Source: an uncultured Alphaproteobacteria bacterium
GTDB taxonomy: Bacteria > Pseudomonadota > Alphaproteobacteria > JAJFIK01
Assembly (NCBI GenBank): GCA_964561475.1
Contig: CAZLPU010000002.1
Coordinates: forward strand, 20,707-84,706
Direction of reading: 5' to 3'
DNA length: 64,000 nt
The translations under genes and the position numbers were made by a program. This document shows, in pieces, positions 29,633-40,583 of the stretch (positions are counted from its first letter, which is position 1; the number at the start of each line of letters is the position of its first letter). Below the pieces are notes generated by a model. It was not told the DNA's origin. It did no database searches and worked only from the letters and a program-made list of their open reading frames with translations.

Positions 29633-31858
29633 TCAGAACCGGAACGTGTTGCCGATTCTGAAGGAGGCGCCGGACTGGTTCGTGCGGAAATCGTTGAAAT
29701 CCGTTGTCGCGCCCAGGGAAATCGCGGCAAAAAGCTCCGTTTCAGGGCGAATTTCCCAAAACAGCCGCGCCAGGATCCCGAGCGATTCAGAAATGTTGTC
29801 ATATTGGACCTCCATATCGAGCTGGAGATCCGGTGACCAGTTGTAATCCATGCTCAGGCTGTGGACATGGACGGTGACTTCTCCCGTCGGCAAGTCGATC
29901 GCATCACGCAGATGACTGATCTCCATGCCGAATGTTCCCGACGGACGGTAACCCAGACCCAGATTGAGAAACCGCCGGCGCCCATCGTAGAAATTGCAGC
30001 AGAAAAACTGTGCACTGAAATTCACGGGCCTGGCGCTTGAGGTGAACAGCTCGATCCCGCTGCGCACCCAGTGATAGCGCCCGGCGGGGACAAGGACATC
30101 ACCGGGCAGGAAAAAGGGTGCCTGAAGGATCTCCGACCGGGAGAAGGACACCAGAAACAGTTCGTCTCCGATGTGATTGCTCCCCCCAAGGAATACCCCG
30201 TTCTCCCGGTCCTCCAGCCCGTTCTCCAGATCCGTCACGATGTTGAGGAATGTGCCTGCATCGAAAAACCGGATGTAACTGTCCTCCGGCCGCCACCGGC
30301 GCACCAGTTCCCCCTCATAGGTGCGCACGCCGGTGCGGTTGGCAAAGCCGAGGGCCGGGCGGTAGGTTTCGGCCACCTGTTTGAAGCGGATGAACCCGTT
30401 GATCCGGTCATTGGGATAGGCCACCTCGATGCCGAAGGCTTCCCCCTGCTCCTCCTCCCGGTCAGACCGGCTGGCGACGAAGAAGGCATCGGCCACCAAA
30501 CGCTGATCACCGAACACGGATGTATCGAGAAACTGAAAATCCACACCCGCCACAGTGTTGCTGGTCTCGCCAGTGGGGTCCCCCTGGGTCAGGATGACCC
30601 CGGCACGGGATTCACCAAACACCGGGGTGGACAGACGAACCACGGACAGAAGCTGCGGGTCCAGATCATCTCCGGGCTCGGTCCGGGCGGTCAGGGCACC
30701 GATGGTGACCCCTTTCACACTGCCGGACAGCTTGATCCCCGCATCCAGGCCCAGCAATTGCCCTTCCACCACACCGATCCGCCTTGAAAAGAACGGCAGG
30801 GCATTGGTGTCGTTGAAAGCCCGCCCGCCGAAGGAGAAAAAGGGCGCGTCCTGGAGGAAAAAGTCCCGGGTTTCCGGGAAAAACAGGTCGAAACGGCCAA
30901 CATTCACCTGCCGGGGATCGAGAGGCGTATCGGAAAAATCCGTGTTGACGGTCAAGGTGCCGGTCAGGGAGGGGGTGATCCGGTAGGAAATATTCCCACC
31001 CGGATTGAACCGGGTCACATCCTGCCGGGGCCGCTCCTCCCAATTGCGCAGCCACTGGATCGAACTCAGCATTTCCACATCCAGGCCCAGTCCCGGCTCG
31101 ATGCCGTTAACGCCGCTCAGGCGCCCGGCCCGGCTCATATCCCGGCGGCCCAGGGACTGGTTCACCGCTGCCCAGCGGATCTCTTCATTGCGCCGGGCAA
31201 TTGAGCGGATGATCTGCAGGCCCCACGCATCCGCCTCCCCGTCATAGGCGATACTCCGGAAGGGAATGGCCATTTCCGCTTCCCAGCCGAACTCGGTGAT
31301 CCGGGCCTTGCCCTTCCAGATCGTGTCCCACTCTTCCTGAAACACCTCATTGTCCTCGATGAGCCCGTCCCGGCGCGCGCCCAAAGGGTTCAGTTCAAAG
31401 CCGAAGGCATTGCGTCTGGTATTATAGGAATCGATCAAGATACTGATAAAATCATCACCATCGAATGATCCGTCCCGAGACAGAACCGTGGCGGTGATCT
31501 CGTCGGGGGTGCGGTCGAAGGCATGAACGCCGATGTAAAGGGTCGCGCCGTCATGGAGCAAAACCACCCGGGTGCGTTCGCTGGGCTCGGCCCCCTGTTC
31601 GGGAAAGACCTCCAGGAAGTTATCGATGGGCAGGGCCCGGGACCAGATGTCGTCTGAAAGATCACCGTCGATCTCGGGCGCTTCGTCCCGCGCGATCCGT
31701 TCCACCCGCCCGGACCGCTGCTCCCGGGAGGACATGTCGTGGCCCGCCATCCAGGCTTCGCTGGCCCAAGCATGGGGTTCCAAACCAAGGGAGACCGCCG
31801 CAAGCAGACCAGCGATCCACCCCTGCACAATCCACCCAGTCCACCGCATCGCGGCCAT
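29633..31858 (-). CDS. CBM9-like / DUF5916 outer-membrane protein
   Basis: PEIDGDLSD, GWEAEMAIPFRSI, NTDFS, FFPETRDFFL and FFSRRIG motifs; C-terminal Phe. Confidence 0.82.
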   Translation of the reverse strand: MAAMRWTGWIVQGWIAGLLAAVSLGLEPHAWASEAWMAGHDMSSREQRSGRVERIARDEAPEIDGDLSDDIWSRALPIDNFLEVFPEQGAEPSERTRVVLLHDGATLYIGVHAFDRTPDEITATVLSRDGSFDGDDFISILIDSYNTRRNAFGFELNPLGARRDGLIEDNEVFQEEWDTIWKGKARITEFGWEAEMAIPFRSIAYDGEADAWGLQIIRSIARRNEEIRWAAVNQSLGRRDMSRAGRLSGVNGIEPGLGLDVEMLSSIQWLRNWEERPRQDVTRFNPGGNISYRITPSLTGTLTVNTDFSDTPLDPRQVNVGRFDLFFPETRDFFLQDAPFFSFGGRAFNDTNALPFFSRRIGVVEGQLLGLDAGIKLSGSVKGVTIGALTARTEPGDDLDPQLLSVVRLSTPVFGESRAGVILTQGDPTGETSNTVAGVDFQFLDTSVFGDQRLVADAFFVASRSDREEEQGEAFGIEVAYPNDRINGFIRFKQVAETYRPALGFANRTGVRTYEGELVRRWRPEDSYIRFFDAGTFLNIVTDLENGLEDRENGVFLGGSNHIGDELFLVSFSRSEILQAPFFLPGDVLVPAGRYHWVRSGIELFTSSARPVNFSAQFFCCNFYDGRRRFLNLGLGYRPSGTFGMEISHLRDAIDLPTGEVTVHVHSLSMDYNWSPDLQLDMEVQYDNISESLGILARLFWEIRPETELFAAISLGATTDFNDFRTNQSGASFRIGNTFRF

Positions 31859-32123
31859 CCGCCCCTCCCCCAGAAAGCAGTACCCGAAGTCTTTTGCGGG
31901 CTTGCTCAGCCACAGGTTTTGTTCCGCTATAACACGGGTTTGCCGACACGGATGCCAACGGTTTTTTCGACGAAGACGACCCCTGATCTGATTGATCCAG
32001 CGTCAATTCCGAGCCGGAGTGATCAAGACGTGTTTCCGCCTGCTGTGGATGTCACCGCCGCTCATTGGCAGCCCCTCACGGTTCAAGCGGCGGTTGAGGG
32101 GACCGGTTTTCCTCCAGTCATCG

Positions 32124-32152
32124 GCGACAGATTTGCGACATGGAACTGTCAC
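32124..32152 (+). promoter_or_regulatory. Candidate Pho box (PhoB site)
   Basis: Heptamers at 11-bp spacing, GCGACAG-attt-GCGACAT-ggaa-CTGTCAC, versus consensus CTGTCAT-N4. Lies upstream of the TonB receptor and phosphoesterase genes. Confidence 0.62.
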
Positions 32153-32277
32153 AGAACCTTTGCAGTCCTGTGCAGATCCCTGGCCCGCCCGCCGATAGTG
32201 TACGCGCGGAGAAGACTTAATCTTTACTCGGAAACGATCGGCGCTCGCATTTTCGGGCGCCTTTTGGGGGCAGAGCA

Positions 32278-34980
32278 ATGATGGATTTTTTGGGGACTGG
32301 CCTGCGGACTGGGATGAACACTGGTTTGAGCGTTGGGCTGCGGCGGACCCTGCTTCTGGGCACGGTTGCGGGTCTCGCATTCACCTTCGTGCAGACCGGT
32401 GCTTTCGCGCAGGACACCGGGGACACGGAAACGGCGGTGGCAGAAGACGCCGACCTGCTGGAGTCCGATACCATTGTCGTCAAGGGCTTCCGGGGCTCCT
32501 TTGCCCGCTCCATCCAGGACAAGCGCAACGCACCCCAGGTGGTGGACACAATCTCCGCCGAAGAAATCGGCCTGTTTCCGGACCAGAACATCACCGAGGC
32601 CCTTCAGCGGATCACCGGCGTGTCGATCACCCGGGCCAATGGCGAAGGGGAAACCGTGGGGATCCGGGGCCTTGATCCCGTCTTCACCCGGGTGGAGATC
32701 GACGGGCGGACCGCTTCCGTGACCATCGACAGCGCCAATCCGGGCCGGGAAAGCACCCTGTCCGTGTTCGCGTCCGAGCTTTACGACACGGTCGAAGTCA
32801 TCAAGTCCCCCACAGCGGCGGATATCGAGGGCGGCATCGGCGGTATTGTCCGTCTGTCCACGCCCAATCCCCTGGACATTGCGGAGCGCCGGTTCGGCGT
32901 GAATGCCTCCATCACGGAAGCCGATACCCGCAACGAGGTCGAGCCCGCGGTGGACGGCTACTATATCGACAATTTCTTCAACGAGACCCTCGGTGTGCTG
33001 ATCTCCGGCACCTATGAAGACCGACGCCGTGACATCGATAAAATCCAGTCCAACCAGGACTGGCGTGAGGTGAATGCGGGCTTCCTTGCAGACAGCGACG
33101 ACCCGGCCCTTCAGGCCCTGATCGGCGGACGGTATCCGGGCCGCCTGCGCCAGGAACAGCGCACCGGCGAGGCCCCGAAATACAACATCAATGCGAAGGT
33201 ACATTATCGGCCTGCGGAGAATTTCGAATTCTTCGTCAACGGCCTCTACACCCTGGAGGAACGCGACGAAGACCGCTCCCGGATCCAGGTGGACTTCCGC
33301 CGGGGTCAGCTTGAAGGCGGCACCCTGGGCAGCGGCGGTACCCTGACGGAAGCCACCTTCACCCGTCAGCGCACCGAGTTCCGGGACTTCACCCGGATCG
33401 CCGATATCGAGACCTATGGCATCACCGGCGGTTTTGAATGGGAGCTGGGCAAGTGGCTGATCGAGTCCGAGGCAAGCTTTTTCTCCAGCGAGGAGGATTT
33501 CGATGAGTTCCGGGTGGATCACCGCACCAACCGGGACGGCCTCGGCGGTTACTCCATCAAAGACGATCCCCAGACGCCGGTTCTCTTCACACCGGCCGCG
33601 GAACTGGCGCCGGAGGATGTGGACATCCGCCTGATCCGCCAGCAACGCCGGATCATTTCCATCGAGGAGGAAAGCTTCCGGGCTGATGTGAAGCGTGGCC
33701 TGAATTTCGGTGCCCTCGAATCCCTCACCCTCGGCTTCCGGTTTGCCTCCACCGAGTTCGACCGGCGCCAGGGGAATATCGACGCTGACGACAGCGGCCT
33801 GACCTATGCGGATGGCGGACGGTTCGTGGTGGACGGGGAATTCGGCGATGATTTCGGTTCCGATGACCTTTTGCGCCGCTGGCCCTCCACGGACCCGGTG
33901 AAGCTGTTCAACATCTTCCCTCCCGAAGGCAATCTGACCTTTGATGACCAGAACTTCTTCACCCTGACCGAAGAGGTTCTCTCCGGCTACTACATGACGA
34001 ATTTCGATACTTCCCTGTTCGGGCTCTATGCCAGGGGGAATGCGGGTGCCCGGATCGTTCATACGGACGTGCGCGGTGAAGGCCGGGTCACCATTGAAAC
34101 GGCGGATGACGTTGTGGTGCTCGACAATGCGCCGGCCCTGGAAGCGAGCTACACCGAGGTTCTGCCGGCCTTCAACATCGTCCTGTCCCAGAATGCCGAC
34201 TCCGATCTTCTGGTGCGCGGTGCCATTACCCGTGCCCTGAGCCGTCCGACCATTGACGAATTGAACCCCAGCACCTCCGTGAACTTCGTGGATGCGGAAG
34301 TGAGCCGGGGCAATCCGGACCTGGATCCTTTCCTGGCCTGGCAATATGATCTGGGTGTTGAGTATTATTTCGGCGAAACCGATGAAGGGCTGATGTCCGC
34401 CGCCTTCTTCTACAAGGACGTGTCCAACTTCATCACGCCGACCCAGACCATCGAAACCATCGAATTCGGCGGCGCCGGTATTCCGGCTCAGGAATATCAG
34501 GTCTCCAGCTTCGAAAACGGCGGGGACGCCACCATCTTCGGCGTCGAGGTCAGCCTGCAGACTCCGTTCTTCTTCCTGCCCGGCTTCTGGAGTGATTTCG
34601 GCATTTTCGCCAACTACACCTACACCAACAGCGAATTCACCACGGCGACGGGGCAGACCTTCGATTTCCCTGGCGCTTCGGAGCATGCCTACAATCTGGT
34701 GGGCTATTATGAGTGGGGCGGATTTTCCGGGCGCCTCGCCTACACGTATCGGGACGATTTCCTGATCGTTCCCAACAGTCCCAATGCCCAGTTCGGCGAC
34801 AGCGACGGGCGCTTGGATCTGGCCTTGCGCTACCGGTTCGAGAACGGTGTCCGCCTTTCCTTCGATGCCCTGAACCTGACCGAAGAGCAGAACTACAAAT
34901 ATTACGACACGACCGATCGGCTTGAGGATTTCGAATTCGAGGGCCGGATCTATACGTTCAGCATCGGTTTCATCTATTGA
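32278..34980 (+). CDS. TonB-dependent receptor
   Basis: TonB box DTIVVKG, EALQRITGVSI, VEVIKSP, GNPDLDP and an aromatic C-terminus. Confidence 0.95.
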   Translation: MMDFLGTGLRTGMNTGLSVGLRRTLLLGTVAGLAFTFVQTGAFAQDTGDTETAVAEDADLLESDTIVVKGFRGSFARSIQDKRNAPQVVDTISAEEIGLFPDQNITEALQRITGVSITRANGEGETVGIRGLDPVFTRVEIDGRTASVTIDSANPGRESTLSVFASELYDTVEVIKSPTAADIEGGIGGIVRLSTPNPLDIAERRFGVNASITEADTRNEVEPAVDGYYIDNFFNETLGVLISGTYEDRRRDIDKIQSNQDWREVNAGFLADSDDPALQALIGGRYPGRLRQEQRTGEAPKYNINAKVHYRPAENFEFFVNGLYTLEERDEDRSRIQVDFRRGQLEGGTLGSGGTLTEATFTRQRTEFRDFTRIADIETYGITGGFEWELGKWLIESEASFFSSEEDFDEFRVDHRTNRDGLGGYSIKDDPQTPVLFTPAAELAPEDVDIRLIRQQRRIISIEEESFRADVKRGLNFGALESLTLGFRFASTEFDRRQGNIDADDSGLTYADGGRFVVDGEFGDDFGSDDLLRRWPSTDPVKLFNIFPPEGNLTFDDQNFFTLTEEVLSGYYMTNFDTSLFGLYARGNAGARIVHTDVRGEGRVTIETADDVVVLDNAPALEASYTEVLPAFNIVLSQNADSDLLVRGAITRALSRPTIDELNPSTSVNFVDAEVSRGNPDLDPFLAWQYDLGVEYYFGETDEGLMSAAFFYKDVSNFITPTQTIETIEFGGAGIPAQEYQVSSFENGGDATIFGVEVSLQTPFFFLPGFWSDFGIFANYTYTNSEFTTATGQTFDFPGASEHAYNLVGYYEWGGFSGRLAYTYRDDFLIVPNSPNAQFGDSDGRLDLALRYRFENGVRLSFDALNLTEEQNYKYYDTTDRLEDFEFEGRIYTFSIGFIY

Positions 34981-35100
34981 TCCGGGCCCTGCCCTGATCC
35001 TCTCGATGCCGATGAGTTGACGTGCCCCAATCCCGGCCATCCGCCCCGCGCCCTTGAACGGACGTGGGGCGGCCTCACCGGGGCCACAAGGAGCGCCCCC

Positions 35101-36630
35101 ATGACAGTCTTCCCGGTTCGCTTCAGCGCGGGTCTCCCCCTCGGTCTCCTTCTTTTATGCCTCACCCTGTGCACTGCCCTGGCAACGCTTCTGGTGGCAC
35201 CGGCAGAGGCCCATGATGGCAGCCACCGGGCCGATCCTCCCTGGCAGCAGGCGAGCCCGTGGCCGGACCGGATCATCGCCACTTTTGCGGGCGATCCGTC
35301 CACATCCTTTTCCGTCACCTGGCGCACTGATGAAAGCGTCGGGCGCACCATCGCCCAGATCGTGCCCGCCAGCGCCGATGCCCGTTTCGATCTGACCGCC
35401 GAGACCGTCCGTGCCAAAACCAGCCGGATCCGTCTTGACCGGCTTGAAACCCCAGTGGGTATCCATGAAAGCCTCGAGAACCAGGGGCTCGCGCCGGTCC
35501 ACTATCACTCAGTCACCTTTACGGACCTGACGCCGGGCACCCGCTATGCATACCGGGTCCAGGGGGCCAGGGGGCACTGGAGCGAATGGGTTCAGATCTC
35601 GACCGCGCCTGAGGAGGGTCCTGTCTCCTTTGTCTATTTCGGTGATGCCCAGAACGGCATTCTCTCCCACTGGTCCCGGGTGATCCGGGCCGCCCATGAC
35701 GCGGCGCCCGATGCAGGGTTCTATCTCCATGCAGGGGATCTGGTGGATCAAGGTCCCAGCGACTGGGATTGGGCCCAATGGTTCAAGGCCGGAGGATTTC
35801 TTCACGCCCAGATCCCGTCAGTGCCCGTGCCGGGTAATCACGAGTTCATGCCGGCCCTGTCCAGCCAGACCGGCGAAAAAACCCGTGTGCTGACCAGTCT
35901 GTGGCGGGCCCAGTTCACCCTTCCCGTGGTCCGGAGCCTGCCGGAACGCCTCCATGAGGCAGTCTATGATCTGCGGTACGGCAAGGACCTCCACGTCTTT
36001 GTGCTGAGTTCCACACCGGCGAGCTACAATCGGGAGACCTTCCAGGCCCAGGCCGCGTGGCTTGACGAGGCCCTCAAGGTCAGCACCGCCCGCTGGCGGG
36101 TGGTCACCATGCACCATCCCTATTGGGTGCCCGGCCGCCGGGAGCGGGACAAGGTCCTGGGTGCAACCATCGGTCCCGTGATTGACCGCAACGATGTAGA
36201 TCTGGTCCTTGTGGGTCATATTCACACCTATATGCGCGGTTCGTCTGCGGACGGAACCACTGCCCGCAGGATTCAGGGTACGCCGCGGGATGTGGATACG
36301 GTCTTTGCGATCTCATCCTCCGGGGCCAAGATGTTTTCCCAGCTTGATGCCCTCCATGACCCGGAGTCCATCGGGGATGGCCGGGCGGATATCGGCGGTG
36401 TCGGTGTCGACCGGCTGGCGGGCAACACGCCCATGTTCCAGGTGATCCGGATCGATGGCGGAGTGCTCACCTATGAAGCCCATACCGCATTGGGCGATCT
36501 TTACGACAGCTTCCGGCTGGAGAAGAGCGCAGACGGGCTCAAACAGATGACCGACGGCCCGGCCGCGTTCGGCGATCCCCGCCTGTTTTCCAATACCGGC
36601 CCCTACAGGGATTGGTACGACCTGCGCTGA
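35101..36630 (+). CDS. Secreted FN3-like + calcineurin-like metallophosphoesterase (purple acid phosphatase family-like)
   Basis: Signal peptide ending AEA; GDAQ, GDLV, GNHE, MHHP and GHIH metal motifs. Confidence 0.88.
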   Translation: MTVFPVRFSAGLPLGLLLLCLTLCTALATLLVAPAEAHDGSHRADPPWQQASPWPDRIIATFAGDPSTSFSVTWRTDESVGRTIAQIVPASADARFDLTAETVRAKTSRIRLDRLETPVGIHESLENQGLAPVHYHSVTFTDLTPGTRYAYRVQGARGHWSEWVQISTAPEEGPVSFVYFGDAQNGILSHWSRVIRAAHDAAPDAGFYLHAGDLVDQGPSDWDWAQWFKAGGFLHAQIPSVPVPGNHEFMPALSSQTGEKTRVLTSLWRAQFTLPVVRSLPERLHEAVYDLRYGKDLHVFVLSSTPASYNRETFQAQAAWLDEALKVSTARWRVVTMHHPYWVPGRRERDKVLGATIGPVIDRNDVDLVLVGHIHTYMRGSSADGTTARRIQGTPRDVDTVFAISSSGAKMFSQLDALHDPESIGDGRADIGGVGVDRLAGNTPMFQVIRIDGGVLTYEAHTALGDLYDSFRLEKSADGLKQMTDGPAAFGDPRLFSNTGPYRDWYDLR

Positions 36631-36713
36631 ACGAGGGGCATCCCGCAAGCCCTGCGGTGTCGCATGCTCCGTCCCCTCACAATCCACTGTGCCGCCAGGA
36701 AAGGATGCCTCCC

Positions 36714-38192
36714 ATGCGCTTCCTCCCGCTGCTGATGACCTTGATCGGTCTGATCGTCGCCGCCCCAATGGCCCAGGCCCACGAGAGCGAAGACGGCCAG
36801 CCCCCCTGGCAGCGCCCAAGCCCCTGGCCGGACCGGATCATTGCCACACTGACCGGTGATCCGGCCCGCAGCTTTTCGGTTTCCTGGCGGACCGACCAGA
36901 CCGTGCCCGTCGCTATCGCCCAGATCGCCCCCGCAACCGCTGATGCCCGCTTCGATCTGGCGGCCCGCACCGTCAAGGCCCGGACCACCAGCCTGTCTTT
37001 GGAAACCATTCAAGGTCCGGAGGGTCCCCGGCCCGTGATCCACAATCAAGGCCTTGCACCGGTCCACTACCACGCGGTGACCTTCGAGGAGCTGGAGCCG
37101 GATTCGCTTTATGCCTATCGGGTGCGCGGGCGCAAAGGGGCCTGGAGTGCCTGGCGGCAGGTGCGCACAGCCCCTTTGTCAGGACCCGTTGAATTCATCT
37201 TTTTCGGCGATGCTCAGACCGGGATCCGCTCCCACGTCACAAGGATGTTTGACACGGCGGCGGCAGCGGCACCCAACGCCCGGTTTGCCATCCATGGCGG
37301 CGATCTGGTCAACACGGCCATGTATGACAAGGAGTGGGCCGAGTGGTTTGAGGCCGTCGGGCGCACCCATCAGGTCATGCCGGCGATCCCCGTGGCAGGC
37401 AACCACGACTACATCAATTTTGAGGAGGAGACGAAGCTTTTCGTCGCGGAGAAGACGGTCACCCCCATGTGGCGGGCCCAGTTCGCCCTGCCCAAGACCC
37501 CGTCCCTGCCGCCAGCTCTTCAGGGGACGGTCTATACCATCGCCTACACGGAAGAGCTTCAGATCTTCGTGCTCGATTCCTCCGGCATCGCCTTTGACCG
37601 GCAGTTGGCATGGCTTGAAAAGGCCCTGGAGGAATCGGTAGCCCGGTGGAAAATCGTCACCATGCATCACCCTCTGTTTTCCTTTGTGGGGGGCAATGAG
37701 CACCCGGCCCACAAGGACCGCCGGGAAGCCCTTCTCGAGGTCATGGCCCGGCAATCCGGCAACAGAACAATCGACCTCATCCTGACCGGACACCGCCATA
37801 CTTATCAGAGGGGCGCTTATGGGGATGATGTTGCCCGGTTCGCCGTGGGTGATGATCAATCCGTGGAGACCGTTTTTGTGGTCACCGCCTCCTCCACCAA
37901 GCGGGGCACCTCGAAGCGGGCCGGCTGGGAGCGTTACGCCGGTGAACAGGACGGGCGGTTCGCTCTTACCCGTTCCGGCGACAACACACCGATTTTTGCC
38001 GTCTTCTCCGTGGACGGAAACCGGCTCGCCTACGAGGCCCTGGATGCCACCGGCGCGATCTATGACGCCTTCACACTGGTCCGCGATCCGGAAACCGGCA
38101 GGAAGACCCTGACCAATGGACCGGAAGCGGCCGGGCCGGAGCGCACCTATGACACCACCGGCCCTTACATCCGGTGGGACGATCTGCGCTGA
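36714..38192 (+). CDS. Secreted metallophosphoesterase, paralog of the upstream gene
   Basis: Signal peptide ending AQA; shared PWPDRIIAT; GDAQ, GDLV, GNHD, MHHP and GHRH motifs. Confidence 0.88.
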   Translation: MRFLPLLMTLIGLIVAAPMAQAHESEDGQPPWQRPSPWPDRIIATLTGDPARSFSVSWRTDQTVPVAIAQIAPATADARFDLAARTVKARTTSLSLETIQGPEGPRPVIHNQGLAPVHYHAVTFEELEPDSLYAYRVRGRKGAWSAWRQVRTAPLSGPVEFIFFGDAQTGIRSHVTRMFDTAAAAAPNARFAIHGGDLVNTAMYDKEWAEWFEAVGRTHQVMPAIPVAGNHDYINFEEETKLFVAEKTVTPMWRAQFALPKTPSLPPALQGTVYTIAYTEELQIFVLDSSGIAFDRQLAWLEKALEESVARWKIVTMHHPLFSFVGGNEHPAHKDRREALLEVMARQSGNRTIDLILTGHRHTYQRGAYGDDVARFAVGDDQSVETVFVVTASSTKRGTSKRAGWERYAGEQDGRFALTRSGDNTPIFAVFSVDGNRLAYEALDATGAIYDAFTLVRDPETGRKTLTNGPEAAGPERTYDTTGPYIRWDDLR

Positions 38193-38223
38193 TCAGCAGC
38201 TTGTCTTGCCTGTGCCAACCGTC

Positions 38224-38257
38224 AAAAAAAGCGGCGGACGCAATGGCCGCCGCTTTT
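38224..38257. terminator. Bidirectional rho-independent terminator
   Basis: AAAAAAA-GCGGCGG-loop-CCGCCGC-TTTT between convergent genes. Confidence 0.82.
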
Positions 38258-38285
38258 CCATGTCAGATGCGGTCGTCGTCCCGGA

Positions 38286-39863
38286 TCAGGGTGCTTCCTC
38301 AACAGAGGGTTCCTGCGTCGCAGGCGGGTTGTCCGCTGGCTGATCTTCCGATGTGTCGGCATCCCGGTTCATGATCGCTTCCAGCATGGCTGCCACCGGC
38401 AGGGGCGGTGCATCATTCATGGACAGGCCACCATCGGCGAGGTCCGCGTTCAGGGTTACGGTGTCGTCCTTGAGCAGGAAGAAGGGCGACTGGGTGACAA
38501 GTTGCTCCACGGATGCGGCCGCAAGCAGGTCCACAGTGCGCTGGGAATGCCCTTCCGTGCTTTGAGTCGACTGAATGAAAAGCGCCATGACCTTTTCCGC
38601 CAGAGCCCGGGGGATGGACAGATCCGCCCTTCCTTCCAGGTCAGCCAGGAGGGCCGTGGGCTGGGAGAGATTGAGTGCGGTCCCTTCCTCGAAACCCAGA
38701 TAGAGAGAGCCGGTCATCTGCTCCGCACCGGGAACACCGGCCTCGATCACCGGTACGTCAAGGGCGACCCCGGCATCAAACAGCATGTTCACGAGGTCGA
38801 TGCCCTTGCTCAATGCTTCCGCTTCCCTGGCAGGCGGCAAATTGCCTTGGCCGTCATAGTCCGCGCCAGTCAGCATATCGAGAAACTCAAGATAGCCCGT
38901 ATAAGCTTCCAGAGGGATATTGACCAAAGACATGTCAAGCCGGACCGGTCCCATGGGGATCGGCTTGCCGCCATGGATCGGCACTGTGAACTCACCGCTC
39001 TGATACTGATTGAACAGGCGCAAGGTGCCGTCATCCGCAACGGTCATATCGGTGACGAAGGTCAGCCCGCTCATCCGCAGATCATCCAATTTCAGCTCAC
39101 GGATGGAAAAACGCCCGCCGCCCAGGGTGACATCACTGGTGTAAGGGGTGAGGTTCGCTTCCGCCGCGACATCGAGAAGATCCAGGGTCATGCCATCGCC
39201 TTCTTCCGCGATGGAGGCCCGGTCCAGTTCGAAACGGGTGGTGCTCTCGCGCCCGGGCATGGGCAGATCGCCGGAACAGGTCAGGGTGCCGATGGAGACA
39301 GTGCCGGACTCGTCCGGTCCCTCGCCCGTCACCGTGATGATGGCGGGTTGACTTGAGCAGGACAGCGCGGCCGATCCATCAAATCCGAATGTGGCCGCGT
39401 ACTGAATGACATACTCACCGTCAGCCCGGGGCGCGTCCGCCATGGCGGCCTCACCGGCCAGCGCCCGCAGCCACGCCCCCATTGCGGCGGCGACCGCAAT
39501 ATCGCCCTCCGCCCGGGCAAGGCCCAGGCCGTAGCCGCCAGACCCGAACAGCACCGGTCCGTGGCGCACCAGCACTTGATCTTCGACGGAAACGGGCTCT
39601 AGAGCCGGGTCTCCGGCATCCGCGGTGGCGGGGCTGACTGTTGTGGTCAGTGTCGCGACAGAAGAAAACCACCCCCGCTCATAGTTGGTCACTTCCATTT
39701 TACTGCCGGTCAATCCGGAACCGCTCAGCTGTTCCGTTGCGCTCCTGGCCAGCTCGGTGAGCTTCTGTTCGGCGACGCCCCCCGTGATATAGGCCCCGGC
39801 ACACACACCGCCGCCGATCAGCAGGGCAGTCCCGGTCATCAGAAAAAGTGCGGTTCGGCTCAT
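38286..39863 (-). CDS. YdgA/DUF945-like protein
   Basis: N-terminal TM, YERGWFSS and VRHGP motifs; acidic and beta-rich. Confidence 0.75.
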   Translation of the reverse strand: MSRTALFLMTGTALLIGGGVCAGAYITGGVAEQKLTELARSATEQLSGSGLTGSKMEVTNYERGWFSSVATLTTTVSPATADAGDPALEPVSVEDQVLVRHGPVLFGSGGYGLGLARAEGDIAVAAAMGAWLRALAGEAAMADAPRADGEYVIQYAATFGFDGSAALSCSSQPAIITVTGEGPDESGTVSIGTLTCSGDLPMPGRESTTRFELDRASIAEEGDGMTLDLLDVAAEANLTPYTSDVTLGGGRFSIRELKLDDLRMSGLTFVTDMTVADDGTLRLFNQYQSGEFTVPIHGGKPIPMGPVRLDMSLVNIPLEAYTGYLEFLDMLTGADYDGQGNLPPAREAEALSKGIDLVNMLFDAGVALDVPVIEAGVPGAEQMTGSLYLGFEEGTALNLSQPTALLADLEGRADLSIPRALAEKVMALFIQSTQSTEGHSQRTVDLLAAASVEQLVTQSPFFLLKDDTVTLNADLADGGLSMNDAPPLPVAAMLEAIMNRDADTSEDQPADNPPATQEPSVEEAP

Positions 39864-40437
39864 GAACATCCCCTGCTCTTTAAACGCCAGTCCACGTTGA
39901 ATGGCCTGCTCTCTCCCCATGCCCCAGCCGACACTTTCTCAGCCGGTGCCCCCTTCCGCTGATTTCAGGGCCAAAATCATCTGGTGCCCAGCGGATTGAA
40001 AACGTGGCTCGCCAGGGCTCCGCCTTTGACGGTCGTACCCAGGCTGCCCCAGGACCGGTGGCGGACCTCTCTGCCGGCGCGATCTCCCTCGCGAAACCTG
40101 GCGAGCAGTGCCTCATGGCTGCATCCTATCAGCGGCCCCCCAAGGCCACCGGGTCAGCCAACGGCCTGATCTCGGCTGGCCTTCTATTTTGAAGCAATTC
40201 CGGTCTTCGATAAATCCCGGTGCCAGGCTTTACAACCAATCGGAGCCGGACTGGGAGAAAAAATCCCAAAACCGCGCCGATTACGCGTAATCTTGAGGCG
40301 ATACGATCAGGCGCAAAGACCTGGTATCGCGATACCGGTCGGGGCGTGCCCAGGGCCCCCATGCGCATTCCCGGTGGAGTCCTCGACGAGACCTGCTGTC
40401 AACCACCCGCTTCATTGATCGGTGCCAGATCGATCAT

Positions 40438-40454
40438 TGCCTAGATTGTAGGCA
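40438..40454. promoter_or_regulatory. Candidate NtrC-type binding palindrome
   Basis: TGCCTA-GATTG-TAGGCA, a 17-bp dyad of TGC-N11-GCA form, upstream of the TorF-like and glnA genes. Confidence 0.55.
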
Positions 40455-40567
40455 AAATCTGCGGCTTATCCGCAATGAAATTACGTTTTTGGTGGTTCAG
40501 GACAATTTGCTATTGCCAAGCGGACATCATATTCCCCAGAGTTTAGGTCGATCACGCTGCGGCAGAC

Positions 40568-40583
40568 CGGCACGGTCTTTACA
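40568..40583 (+). promoter_or_regulatory. Possible sigma54 -24/-12 promoter (imperfect)
   Basis: CGGCACGGTCTTTACA versus TGGCACGNNNNTTGCW; the -12 GC is AC here. Confidence 0.3.

Noticed and set aside
32224-35040. 938-aa minus-strand ORF
   Set aside because: Antisense shadow of the TonB-dependent receptor, with no motifs. Long shadow ORFs are common in high-GC DNA.
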